Source of the DNA: an uncultured virus (IMG/VR IMGVR_UViG_3300010153_000001)
Taxonomy: Duplodnaviria; Heunggongvirae; Uroviricota; Caudoviricetes
Virus record (IMG/VR): IMGVR_UViG_3300010153_000001
Length of the DNA: 60,729 nucleotides
Strand: one strand, 5' to 3'
The notes under the pieces were generated by a model. That model was given only the letters and a program-made list of their open reading frames with translations, was not told the origin of the DNA and did no database searches. Shown here in pieces: positions 42,620 through 52,600 of this stretch (within the stretch, counting starts at the first letter, position 1; each line of letters opens with the position of its first letter). Position numbers and translations under genes: made by a program.

Positions 42620-44471
42620 TTTCACAGCTACCTCCAGCACAAGCTAACTCACCCTTAAGATCAGTATTGTCATCTATTTCAACAATCATAGATAGATCAA
42701 TATCTAACAAGGATTTCTTTAATTCATTATATCTCTCTTCTGTTATATCTTCAAAAGGAGCCTGAGTATAACTACCACCATCATAAGGTAAGACAGATAA
42801 TCCATTATATGAATCTCTATTATCCCACATCCATTTACCAGCTGCATCCCATTCATGCTCTCTTAATGATATAGTAGCAGAAACATTATGAGTATTAGAT
42901 CCAATTCTGTGACCTTTCTTCACCCATTCTGTAGCTATTCTCTTAACTCTTTCTAATAATTGAAATGGGGATTCAGTTCTTAGTATAGAACCTTCAGGAG
43001 CCTTTTGTGGTATACTAATTACAGCAGTATCATGAGCTCTAAAATAATCATCTTCAATTAATTCAGGATGGTTGATAGATAGATAATTATATATAGCTTC
43101 ATTTTTACCAACTCTTATTCTTCTGATGTAGAAATCATTATGCCAAGCATGTATACCAGAACTTGTACCTAATGTTAATGATGTTGTGCCAGCAGGTTTT
43201 ACTGTAGTACATCTAGCTGCTTTTCTAATTCCAATCTTTCTAGCAACACGGGCATTCTCACGTTTAACAATTTCAGCAGCTAAAGGTAGATCCATATCAA
43301 GAACTTTACCACTACCAATGCCTGTCATTGATATACCAATAAGAGCATCTTTTTCAGTGGTCTCTTGCCAAACTTCTCTTAGATAATGAAAGTTAGTATA
43401 ACCCGCTTGAAGTGTACCAATTAATGAAGCTGCTCTTACACGATCATCAAAATCTTTTTGGTCTTCTATATTACTAACATTAACTTCACACAGATTACAA
43501 AACTGATAAGGACGTAAGGCAATCTCACAACATGGATTAGTTCCCCAATCTTTGTCATTATTTAAATATATACCAGGTTCACCAGCTCCAGATAATTCAA
43601 CACGTTTCCATAAATCCATAAAGAAATCTTTAGTAATCTTATGTCTCATTAAAACAGCTGAATTATTTGCTCTTCCTCTCTGTGGATTTTCTTCCCACCA
43701 TTGTCCTGATTTACATGAAATCATTTCATCATCATGAGCACTAAATAAACTAATCAAAGCAGCCCTTCTAATACCACCAGCTAATACTGCATCTGCAATA
43801 TAACATATAATATCATGAGTCTCAAGACATGACAGCTTATCACCGTCTTCTTTAGAACTTAATAATCCTTCAATCTTTAATAAGCATTCTTTAAGTGGTT
43901 GAGGACCAGGAGCTTTACCACCTGATGTTACAAGTCTGGCACCTTTAGGTCTAATGTCAGAGTAATCAAATACTATTTTAGAACATCTACCATTAAGATA
44001 TGATTTCATTAATACTTTAACTGCATCAGCCCAACCTTCAATACTATCACTTATTAAGTATCTCTTAGTTCTTTTTGAATAAGGTTTATTAATATGAGGA
44101 AGTTGTTTAACGTGATGTTGTTGTACAGAATATCCAACACCTGTACCACCAAGTAACAAGAACATGGTTTCACTAAATGAATCAATACTATCTATAGGAA
44201 GATAAGCACAATTATAAACTCTATTAGGAGAAATCTCAATTGGTTTACCACCAAATTGCATTGATCTCATTGAAGGTAAAACTTTCTTATCATAAACAAA
44301 TTCATATGCTTCAGTAATCTCAGCCTTCATATCAGGATATTTCTTGATATGCATAGCTTTATTTCTGTCAACAAGTTCAGTCCATGTCTCTCTTCTATTT
44401 AATTCAGGTTTATATTTTGCATATTTCATATGGACAGTGATGTCACTCAGAATTTTGTTACTTAGATTCAT
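42612..44471 (-). CDS. nrdJ: Class II (adenosylcobalamin-dependent) ribonucleotide reductase
   Basis: RRETW, PSMRSMQ..YNCAY, GGIRRAA, GTNPCCEI (thiyl-radical Cys motif), QFCNL, VKPAGT, C-terminal CAGGSC redox pair. No adjacent small subunit. Confidence 0.9.
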   Translation of the reverse strand: MNLSNKILSDITVHMKYAKYKPELNRRETWTELVDRNKAMHIKKYPDMKAEITEAYEFVYDKKVLPSMRSMQFGGKPIEISPNRVYNCAYLPIDSIDSFSETMFLLLGGTGVGYSVQQHHVKQLPHINKPYSKRTKRYLISDSIEGWADAVKVLMKSYLNGRCSKIVFDYSDIRPKGARLVTSGGKAPGPQPLKECLLKIEGLLSSKEDGDKLSCLETHDIICYIADAVLAGGIRRAALISLFSAHDDEMISCKSGQWWEENPQRGRANNSAVLMRHKITKDFFMDLWKRVELSGAGEPGIYLNNDKDWGTNPCCEIALRPYQFCNLCEVNVSNIEDQKDFDDRVRAASLIGTLQAGYTNFHYLREVWQETTEKDALIGISMTGIGSGKVLDMDLPLAAEIVKRENARVARKIGIRKAARCTTVKPAGTTSLTLGTSSGIHAWHNDFYIRRIRVGKNEAIYNYLSINHPELIEDDYFRAHDTAVISIPQKAPEGSILRTESPFQLLERVKRIATEWVKKGHRIGSNTHNVSATISLREHEWDAAGKWMWDNRDSYNGLSVLPYDGGSYTQAPFEDITEERYNELKKSLLDIDLSMIVEIDDNTDLKGELACAGGSCEIT

Positions 44472-44603
44472 ATTTTTATAGTTTAAAAAGGGTTAATAAA
44501 AGGTTCCCATTAAAGGGTAATAACAAGATAAATAAAATATCTTAAAATGTAAAGTATATTCAAAAACAAATTCACACGTTTTTAATTTTAAATATGAGTT
44601 TCT

Positions 44604-44634
44604 TTTTGTATATTATATATGTACTGCAAAAGTA
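44604..44634 (+). promoter_or_regulatory. Putative phage (late) promoter motif TTTTGTATATTATATATGTACTGCAAAAGTA
   Basis: In the divergent intergenic region upstream of the second + strand block; near-identical to 7596-7629. Confidence 0.5.
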
Positions 44635-44667
44635 TAATAATATTTATAAATAAAAAAATTTAAACAG

Positions 44668-44988
44668 ATGAGTTATAGTGTAATTAAAAAATATAACTGG
44701 ACCTTTTTTGCTGAAAAGATTTTGAATGCATTAACAGGAACGAAAAGAACCTATATGAAAAATTTAGGTGCTGGTACTACAACAAATTTAGTTCAACCTT
44801 TTAGAACTATTTCCATAATGAATACTCATGCTACAAATACAATAGCTGTTGCTAATGTTGCAGCTGATACAATTACTATACCAGCATTAACAACAGTAAA
44901 CTTTGATGCTGTAAATGGAAATATTATGGGTGGAGATCTAACAGTAACTACAGGAACAGGTACAGCAATTGTAGCAGGAACATATTAA
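44668..44988 (+). CDS. Small Thr/Ala-rich beta-strand protein, probable virion component
   Basis: 106-aa ORF after an A-rich leader; composition typical of decoration/fibre proteins. Confidence 0.5.
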   Translation: MSYSVIKKYNWTFFAEKILNALTGTKRTYMKNLGAGTTTNLVQPFRTISIMNTHATNTIAVANVAADTITIPALTTVNFDAVNGNIMGGDLTVTTGTGTAIVAGTY

Positions 44989-44999
44989 AGAGAATTTAA

Positions 45000-45914
45000 A
45001 TGGGGACTAATATTAACAGACAACAAATTCTGTCAAGAAAAGTTTGGTCAATTCATGATGGTGTAGGTAGTGCTGGAGCAACATGTTCAGATTATAATTG
45101 TGCATCTGGTGAATTTGGTGGTACAGATTATGCAGATAATTTAAATGCATTGTGGACCAATCTAGATCCAACTGATGCATTTAGTATTTCAGTATGGGTT
45201 AAACCTGAATGGAGTCAGTCAGTAGGTGCACGAAATTTTGTAAATATAGGAGTAACAACTGGAGCTTGGAATGATAATATTTTTAGATTTTATTTTACTA
45301 ATGGGGGAAGTAATTTAAACAGAGTAATAGGAGAGTTTAGAACAGGGTCTAATAGATGTCAACAATTATGGGCTTTACATAGTTATAATTCTATAGTTGG
45401 TTTAGGTGGTAATGCTAGTGTAGGATGGTCTAGTGCTAACCCTGGTAATAGAAATGCAAATGATTTTTCATTACTGACTTTAACATATGATCCTACTGCA
45501 TCAGCTACTTTAAATTATACAAGATTTAAATTATATTGGAATGGTAATGATATGGGTGCTGGAGTTGCTAATGATAGTAATCCAGGTAGTGTTACATTTC
45601 CTAGTGGAACAACTAAAACGTTTAGATTAGGAGCAACATTAGTTACTAATGCTGCTGGTATGGAAGGTAATTTAGATGAGGTGGCTTTTTGGAGTAAAAC
45701 ATTAACAGCTGCAGATGTGTTAGAAATATGGAATGGAACACAAGCAGCTGCTAGTACAGATGGTACACCAGATAATTTATTAAGTTCTTCAGCAGGATCA
45801 GCTGGTTATTTAGCAGGTTGGTGGAGACTTGAAAATAATACATTAGATAGTTCTACAAATAGCAATACATTAGTTGCTAACGGAATGAGTTTTGATACAA
45901 CAGATAAAGCATAA
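45000..45914 (+). CDS. LamG / concanavalin A-like lectin domain protein (putative virion fibre or decoration)
   Basis: FSISVWVKP, LTLTYD..FKLYWNG, FRLGA, GNLDEVAFWSKTLTAADV, LAGWWRLE. Confidence 0.8.
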   Translation: MGTNINRQQILSRKVWSIHDGVGSAGATCSDYNCASGEFGGTDYADNLNALWTNLDPTDAFSISVWVKPEWSQSVGARNFVNIGVTTGAWNDNIFRFYFTNGGSNLNRVIGEFRTGSNRCQQLWALHSYNSIVGLGGNASVGWSSANPGNRNANDFSLLTLTYDPTASATLNYTRFKLYWNGNDMGAGVANDSNPGSVTFPSGTTKTFRLGATLVTNAAGMEGNLDEVAFWSKTLTAADVLEIWNGTQAAASTDGTPDNLLSSSAGSAGYLAGWWRLENNTLDSSTNSNTLVANGMSFDTTDKA

Positions 45915-45917
45915 GAC

Positions 45918-47027
45918 ATGGCAATAACAGGAGTATATTATATAGTTTTAAGTTCAAAAGCAGGTCTTCTTAATGCAAGTAAAACTAGAGAACCTTTAAA
46001 TTCTGATGATTTATCTAATTTAAGACGTGATAAAGATAACACTATGTTTGTTATTAATAGTCAAGAAGAGATTCCAGGTAGTACTTATGTAACAAAGTTT
46101 GCTAGTAGAGCGGCTATGATGGAGTATATTACTACTGAAACAGCTTGGATAACAGTAGATATGACAGCTACAAGAGAAGAACAAGCAAATGTAGCAATGA
46201 ATGACCTAACAGCAGTAGCAAGAGAAAATTTATTAAGAGCTTGGGTACCTAAAAATATAATGAAAGCAGGAACTACGGATGAACCAACTGTTCTTTCTGA
46301 ATCTTTTACTTCAGTTGGAGATAATGCAAATTGTGATACAGATTCAAAAGCAATAAGAATTTGGTTTGATATTAATGAACGTCATAAGGGCCATCTAGTA
46401 GCAGGGTATGTTGGAGGAGAGAATAGTATTTTTAGTGCTACAGAGATATATAATGCTCACAATATGATATATGTACCTGGTGATCAAAGGGGGATTACAA
46501 TTGACGTACCACCAGCAACAACTGGAGCATGGACTTTATTTCTTGGTTTTCAACCATTTAATGGTGGTAACATGACTATTTATTTAATGGGAGGTCCTAC
46601 TTCAACAACTTCTTTTTATATGGATGATCTTGCAGGTATACATTATTTGTTTCATAACGGGGAAGAAGCAGCATCTCTAAAAGAATTTCCATTAGGTGAG
46701 CATCAAGTAGTTGGACATAGAGGTAGTGGAGTACAAGCATATCCTGTATTCATACAATATAATGGAGATGGGAAAATTACAGTACCTGTAGGTGTTGGGT
46801 CTAGTTGGACAATTGGAGAGGAAAATCAGTATATTGCAGAAATTCCAGCCCACCGTCCTGTCTATCCAGCCAGCTTTAAAGAAGTAGTTGATGAGGAAGA
46901 TGTTTACCCTATGTTTAATGAAGTAAATAGGGTAACACACACGAATGTTGCATGCATGGCTATGTGGGATAAGGAACTAACTATAGATGAAATGAAAGCA
47001 ATAAAAGCTTATATAGCAACATTATAA
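45918..47027 (+). CDS. Hypothetical protein, possible divergent LamG-like C-terminus
   Basis: 369-aa ORF; C-terminal MAMWDKELTIDEMKAIKAY resembles the end of LamG-like folds. Confidence 0.5.
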   Translation: MAITGVYYIVLSSKAGLLNASKTREPLNSDDLSNLRRDKDNTMFVINSQEEIPGSTYVTKFASRAAMMEYITTETAWITVDMTATREEQANVAMNDLTAVARENLLRAWVPKNIMKAGTTDEPTVLSESFTSVGDNANCDTDSKAIRIWFDINERHKGHLVAGYVGGENSIFSATEIYNAHNMIYVPGDQRGITIDVPPATTGAWTLFLGFQPFNGGNMTIYLMGGPTSTTSFYMDDLAGIHYLFHNGEEAASLKEFPLGEHQVVGHRGSGVQAYPVFIQYNGDGKITVPVGVGSSWTIGEENQYIAEIPAHRPVYPASFKEVVDEEDVYPMFNEVNRVTHTNVACMAMWDKELTIDEMKAIKAYIATL

Positions 47028-47028
47028 T

Positions 47029-47316
47029 ATGGAAACTACAGCACAAGAAATAGCACTAATGAAACAAAGAATGAAATCAATGGAAGATAAAATAGATAAG
47101 CTTGAAGAAAAGCTTGATATGCTTACTGAAAAGCTATTAGATCCAGATCACGGTGTTACAGCAAGAGTGAATAAAAATACTCATTTCCGTAATGAAATGG
47201 AAGATTTAATAGGTGAGATATATGCTATGAGAAGGTGGAGAAAGACAACTGATATATTAATTAAAGCCTTAATTGTTGCTGTAACAGGAGGTTTAGTAAA
47301 AATATTTTTATTCTAA
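47029..47316 (+). CDS. Coiled-coil protein with C-terminal TM helix (holin/haemolysin XhlA-like)
   Basis: Heptad N-terminus, hydrophobic C-terminus LIKALIVAVTGGLVKIFLF. Confidence 0.5.
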   Translation: METTAQEIALMKQRMKSMEDKIDKLEEKLDMLTEKLLDPDHGVTARVNKNTHFRNEMEDLIGEIYAMRRWRKTTDILIKALIVAVTGGLVKIFLF

Positions 47317-48356
47317 TGAGACTATTAACAATACTATTTATATTATTTTCTTTTATATCTAACGCTCAAGACATAGATATAAAAAAGACATTTAAGTTTT
47401 CAACCTTTTATGCTGCAGTTAATGGAGGAAATTCTATCTCAAATGTTGATGTCTATTCAGTTACGAATGGATTAGAAACACAAATTATAGAAACACCATA
47501 TGACTACGCTATTACGTTGGGAATCAGAAAGATAGCTAGATTTGGATATGAGAATAGAGCAAATACATTTTACGATGGAACAGAAACTTCTTGGTCAGAT
47601 GCTGCCACGATAGGGAAAGCAAAGGGGTTAGAGTTTTTATTTGAGGCAGATATTAAGAGACAACAAGGAATAAATTATTTAGATCAACATCACTTTATTA
47701 GGTACGTTGATGACAGTTATATACTTAAGGGTGAGTATCTAGAAGATGGCTTTGCAGATGTAAAGTATTTTGAAACATCAGAAAGATACAGATATAAAGT
47801 GAACAACAAACTTTCTTTTAACATAGGAGCAGTTCAAAGAATTGCAGAACCTTATGGGTATGATCCCTTAGAAGAATGGGTTTTAGATAACGGGGATATA
47901 CATTATACATATCTTGCTATACAAGAAGGATATACAATAGATGTATTTAATTCAGAGTACTTTAATCCATCAGGAAACCTTGTTGCTACAAACACAGAAG
48001 TATGGGAAGCTGTAGTAATCCCACAAGTATTATCAGACTATACTGAGAAAAAAAGAGATGAACTTCCTGTAAATCTACAACACTCATTAGTAATAGGATT
48101 TGACTATTATAAGTATTCAAAAAATTTCTGGACACATGCATGGGGTAATGTAATGCCATATCACTATGATGATGGTAATGAATTCTCTTATCATAAGTAT
48201 ATTGACAACGATCAATGGTATGATTATTCAGGAGGTTTAATCTTTGGATATAAACTTAATAAAAATTTAGGATGTTTTGTAGAAGGGAAGTATAATAAAT
48301 ATTGGAATAAGAGGTGGTATGATTTTAAGTTTGGTGTTAATTATGTAATTTTTTAG
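47316..48356 (+). CDS. Putative outer-membrane beta-barrel protein with Sec signal peptide
   Basis: MRLLTILFILFSFISNA/QD signal (Gln at +1, Bacteroidota style); aromatic alternating strands; terminal FKFGVNYVIF beta-signal. Confidence 0.65.
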   Translation: MRLLTILFILFSFISNAQDIDIKKTFKFSTFYAAVNGGNSISNVDVYSVTNGLETQIIETPYDYAITLGIRKIARFGYENRANTFYDGTETSWSDAATIGKAKGLEFLFEADIKRQQGINYLDQHHFIRYVDDSYILKGEYLEDGFADVKYFETSERYRYKVNNKLSFNIGAVQRIAEPYGYDPLEEWVLDNGDIHYTYLAIQEGYTIDVFNSEYFNPSGNLVATNTEVWEAVVIPQVLSDYTEKKRDELPVNLQHSLVIGFDYYKYSKNFWTHAWGNVMPYHYDDGNEFSYHKYIDNDQWYDYSGGLIFGYKLNKNLGCFVEGKYNKYWNKRWYDFKFGVNYVIF

Positions 48357-48365
48357 TATATTATA
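48352..48365 (+). promoter_or_regulatory. Core copy of the TTTAGTATATTATA motif
   Basis: 14-bp match to 7596-7609, directly upstream of ATG 48367. Confidence 0.4.
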
Positions 48366-48366
48366 C

Positions 48367-48621
48367 ATGAGTAAGCACAGTAAATATTATTATGATACTA
48401 CGCGTAATTTATCATATGAACAAATAATAAAATTAAAAAAGATGAAAAAAATTAATTGGATAAACAGTTGGGCTAAAGGTAACAAAAAAGAAAAGTATGA
48501 AATTTCTGTACGTTTAGGTAGACTTACATTGTTAGAAATAAAAGCATGTCTATTCTGTGAAGAAGGATGTAGTGCAAAAAGATTCAGGCTAATATTATTA
48601 AATTTTGGTTTTGAAATATAA
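48367..48621 (+). CDS. Hypothetical protein
   Basis: 84-aa ORF in operon order; start could be an internal Met. Confidence 0.5.
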   Translation: MSKHSKYYYDTTRNLSYEQIIKLKKMKKINWINSWAKGNKKEKYEISVRLGRLTLLEIKACLFCEEGCSAKRFRLILLNFGFEI

Positions 48622-48800
48622 TGAGTAGAAGAAAGTTTATATCACCTAATATGCATAAAGCTTTGCAAAATGCTAAGTCTGGTATAATTCCTATGGGATC
48701 TACTAGTACTAAAAGAATAATGAAAAGAGGTGGTTGTACTTCTGCAAAACTTCCTAGGAAAAGAATAGGTGGTAGTCGTGGTTGTGGATGCGGTAAATAA
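48621..48800 (+). CDS. 59-aa basic protein (MSRRKF...MKRGGCTSAKLPRKRIGGSRGCGCGK), not in ORF track
   Basis: Translated by hand; ATG overlaps the previous TAA (TAATG coupling) and fills the gap before 48810. Confidence 0.6.
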   Translation: MSRRKFISPNMHKALQNAKSGIIPMGSTSTKRIMKRGGCTSAKLPRKRIGGSRGCGCGK

Positions 48801-48809
48801 AATTTAAAA

Positions 48810-49094
48810 ATGGCTAAAGAATTAAATGAAGACACAGGATTTAATATAAGTATTAAAACACTTATAGGTATTGCATTTGCTATAGCAACTATTGTTGGTA
48901 TGTGGTTTGCATTACAGGCTGACATAGAAGAGGCTAAAGAATTACCAGTACCTCCTCCACAAGATGTTACTAGGATGGAATATGACATGAAGGATCAGTT
49001 AATAAGACAAACAATTCAAACAACAGCAGATGATGTTGAAGAACTTAAAGAAGATCTTGATAGGATTGAAGAAAAAATAGATAAATTAAATTGA
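48810..49094 (+). CDS. Single-TM membrane protein with C-terminal coiled coil
   Basis: TLIGIAFAIATIVGMWFAL, followed by a heptad region. Confidence 0.6.
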   Translation: MAKELNEDTGFNISIKTLIGIAFAIATIVGMWFALQADIEEAKELPVPPPQDVTRMEYDMKDQLIRQTIQTTADDVEELKEDLDRIEEKIDKLN

Positions 49095-49095
49095 T

Positions 49096-49449
49096 ATGAA
49101 AGATCCAATGTGGAAAATGCTTTTAGGATATTTATTTGTTTTATTTTTTATGTGTTGGGCATCTGTATCTAATGCTCAAATAGTAGTGACTCAATACAAT
49201 GCAGAATGGAATGATGCTAATAAAGTATCATGGTTAAATAAATTAAGTGATTGTGATATAACTAAGGTTGATATAGTTAAACAACCTAAGCTTCAGACTA
49301 AACATAAAATAGTAGTTGTACCAACCATTATAGTATTCAAGGACGGAGAAGAAGTAAAAAGATTTCAAGCTGATGTAAGTTTTAAAATGGCAGCAACAAG
49401 AGAAGAAATACAAGACTATATTGATGAATTAATAATGAGTGACTTTTAA
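49096..49449 (+). CDS. Exported thioredoxin-fold protein lacking CxxC
   Basis: Signal-like N-terminus ..SVSNA/Q; YNAEWNDAN in place of WCxxC; VVPTIIVFKDGEEVKRF cis-Pro motif. Confidence 0.7.
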   Translation: MKDPMWKMLLGYLFVLFFMCWASVSNAQIVVTQYNAEWNDANKVSWLNKLSDCDITKVDIVKQPKLQTKHKIVVVPTIIVFKDGEEVKRFQADVSFKMAATREEIQDYIDELIMSDF

Positions 49450-49450
49450 C

Positions 49451-49672
49451 ATGTGGAAATTATTTCAAGATAAGAATGACATAAATGAAAAGAATATAAT
49501 TGGTTTTATATCTTTTGCTGTAATGGTGTTATTTGCTATTACAGATCTTATTACTAGCTTCATATTTGAAAACGGTACACTAGTTATCAATGATACTATA
49601 TACAATTCATTTGTTCTTGTAACGTTGGGTTGTTTTGGAATAAGTGCATTTGAAAAAATAAAAACAAAATGA
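49451..49672 (+). CDS. Small two-TM membrane protein (holin-like)
   Basis: Two hydrophobic segments. ATG at 49451 preferred to 49439 because it avoids overlap. Confidence 0.55.
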   Translation: MWKLFQDKNDINEKNIIGFISFAVMVLFAITDLITSFIFENGTLVINDTIYNSFVLVTLGCFGISAFEKIKTK

Positions 49673-52600
49673 AAAAATTATTATTATTATTACTATTAAT
49701 TCCTTTTATAGGAATAGGACAAATTAATACATTTCCTTGGACTAATGATTTTGAAAGTTATATAGCTTTAGAAGAAGATACTACAGATGATAATGATTGG
49801 GCGTTAAGGTCAGGTTCAACACCTTCTCCAAATACAGGACCACAAGGAGACCACACAACAGGAAGTGGTGTATACTATTATACAGAAGCTTCAGTTAATG
49901 GAGTTGGTTATCCTTATAAAACATTCATATCTTATACACCTACATTTGATATAACACAATCACCAGGTAAAATAGTCTCATTCTGGTACCATATGTATGG
50001 TAATAATATGGGAGACCTAGAAATAGGAGTGTTAGATAATAATGGTTATACTATTCTAAATACTATATCTGGTAATCAAGGTGATGAATGGCATCTTGCT
50101 TATTATACAATACAATCAACAGATTCTTTCAAAATACAATTTACAGGTACAACAGGACCATATTGGGATAGTGATATATGTATAGATGATCTATATGTTG
50201 GTGACCCATATGTTATTGGATGTATGGACCCATTAGCTAATAACTATGACCCATCTGCAGTAGTAGATGATGGTTCATGTACTTATCCTCCTTGCGGAGG
50301 TTTTGCTTCTTATAATGCATATCAAATGTGTTGGGGAAATCAAACAGCAATACAATTTGAATGGTTAGGTGATACAACTTACTCACAATGTGATGTTACT
50401 GGTATTCATGTTGGAGATGAAAACGGCTGGTCTATGTTCTATGGAGGTTATTGGCCAGCACAAAATGGATGGCATGGATTTGCAGCAGCAGTTGGTAATG
50501 GACAAATGCCACCTAATTGGAGTATAGAACATTATGCTGTATTAGAATTAACAGATGGAAATTTATCTGATACTATATTTTACACTCCAACATCTTGTAT
50601 TCCAGGATGTACTGACTCAACAGCAGTATCTTATAATCCGTGGGCTACAATAGATGACGGTTCATGTGGAGGGACAATTTGTGATCCTGCAACAGAACAA
50701 CAAATTACAATGTCAATCAGATTAGATAATTGGCCACAGGAAACTGGTTGGGAATTAGTTACCAATGCTGGACCTAATGTACAAACTCCTTCAGGAACAT
50801 ATACTTATAATGATATAGGTGTAACATATAATTACACTTTTTGTGTATCCGCCACAGCAGGTTTTGAACTTATTTTAACTGATACTTATGGAGATGGTAT
50901 TCAAGGTAATGGAACAGCAGGTTCTGCAGGAGAAGTAGTTATATATGATTGTAATGGAGATACTATAACTTATCTTTCATCAGGAGCTTGGGTAGATGGT
51001 AATTCAACTCCAGTAAACGTTGATTTTGGTACTGTAGCTTATTCAACTCCACAAAATGGAGTAGCTTGTGCAACAGCTCCAGATATATTTGGTTGTACAG
51101 ATCCTACATATCAAGAATATAATCCATTAGCAAACATAGATGATAGTACATGTACTAATTTACATATATACGGATGTGTAGATTCAACAGCATATAATTA
51201 TGATCCAACTGCATCAATAATGGATATAGTCCCATCATGTAATTATACTTTATGGATAGGTGATGGTGCAGCTGATGGTTGGGGTAATTCATATTTAGGA
51301 GTTAGACAGGGAAGTAATACTTGGACGTTTACAATGGGTCCTGGTTCTTATTCTCAAACATTTCCATTAACCTTAGATACAGATATACCAGTTGAAGTTT
51401 ATTATTTTGAAGTTCCTAATGCTCAAAATCCAGATCCACAACAGACAACTTTTCAAACAATGCAAAATTCATTTAAGCTAATTAATGCTGATAGTGTTGT
51501 ATTAATGCATGAAGGTGGTAATCCTTTTGCAAATAATGGTCAAGGGGCACTTCAAGGATTTGGACCTCCATTTTGGATGGTTTATGATGATATGCCTTTT
51601 TGTGGAGATTACTGTATTCCAGCAGTATTTGGATGTATTGATCCATTAGCTTTTAATTACGATCCATTAGCTAACACTGATGACGGAAATTGTATTCCAG
51701 TTATTCTTGGTTGCACAAATGATTTAGCTATTAACTATGATTCTACTGCTAATACAGATGACGGCTCTTGTATAGCAGAAGTAATTGGTTGCATGGATAC
51801 TACAGCATTTAATTACAATCCTTCTGCTAACACAATGGATTCAGCTTCATGTGTTCCTGTAATATATGGATGTATGGTTGATACAATGTTTAACTACAAT
51901 GCTGCAGCTAATACGTCAGATAATTCATGTATACCAGTAGTGTTTGGTTGTACAGATGCTCTGGCATATAATTATGATCCGTTAGCAAATACAAACAATG
52001 GATCATGTATACCATTTGTTTATGGGTGTACAAATCCAGCAGCTATTAATTTTGATCCTTTAGCAAATACAGATGACTCAACATGTATTGGTGTTATTTA
52101 TGGGTGTACTGATATTACTATGTATAACTATGATCCGCTAGCTAATACAGATAATGGTAGTTGTATTCCTTTCATGTATGGTTGTACTGACTCAACACAA
52201 TTCAACTATGATCCATTAGCCAATACTGATAACGGTACTTGTGTACCATTCATATACGGCTGTACTGATCCAAGTGCATTAAATTTTAATCCAAATGCAA
52301 ACACTGATGATTTTTCTTGTATCCTACCTATATACGGGTGTATGGATAGTACAGCCTTCAATTACGATCCTAATGCAAATGTAGATAATGGATCTTGTGT
52401 ACCTTTTATATTTGGTTGCACAAACCCTCTAGCTCTTAATTACTGTGATTCTTGTAATACTGATGATTTCAGTTGTATACTTCCTATTTATGGATGTACA
52501 GATAGCACAATGTTTAATTATAATCCTTTAGCCAATGTTGACAATAATTCTTGTATACCTTTTATCTATGGGTGCACTGACCCTAGTATGCTTAACTACA

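Noticed and set aside
43186..43737. + strand ORFs within nrdJ (also 59013-59324 within polB)
   Set aside because: Antisense shadows of well-supported genes.
48584..48988. 134-aa minus-strand ORF
   Set aside because: Overlaps translationally coupled + strand ORFs (48621-48800, 48810-49094) that fit the operon better.
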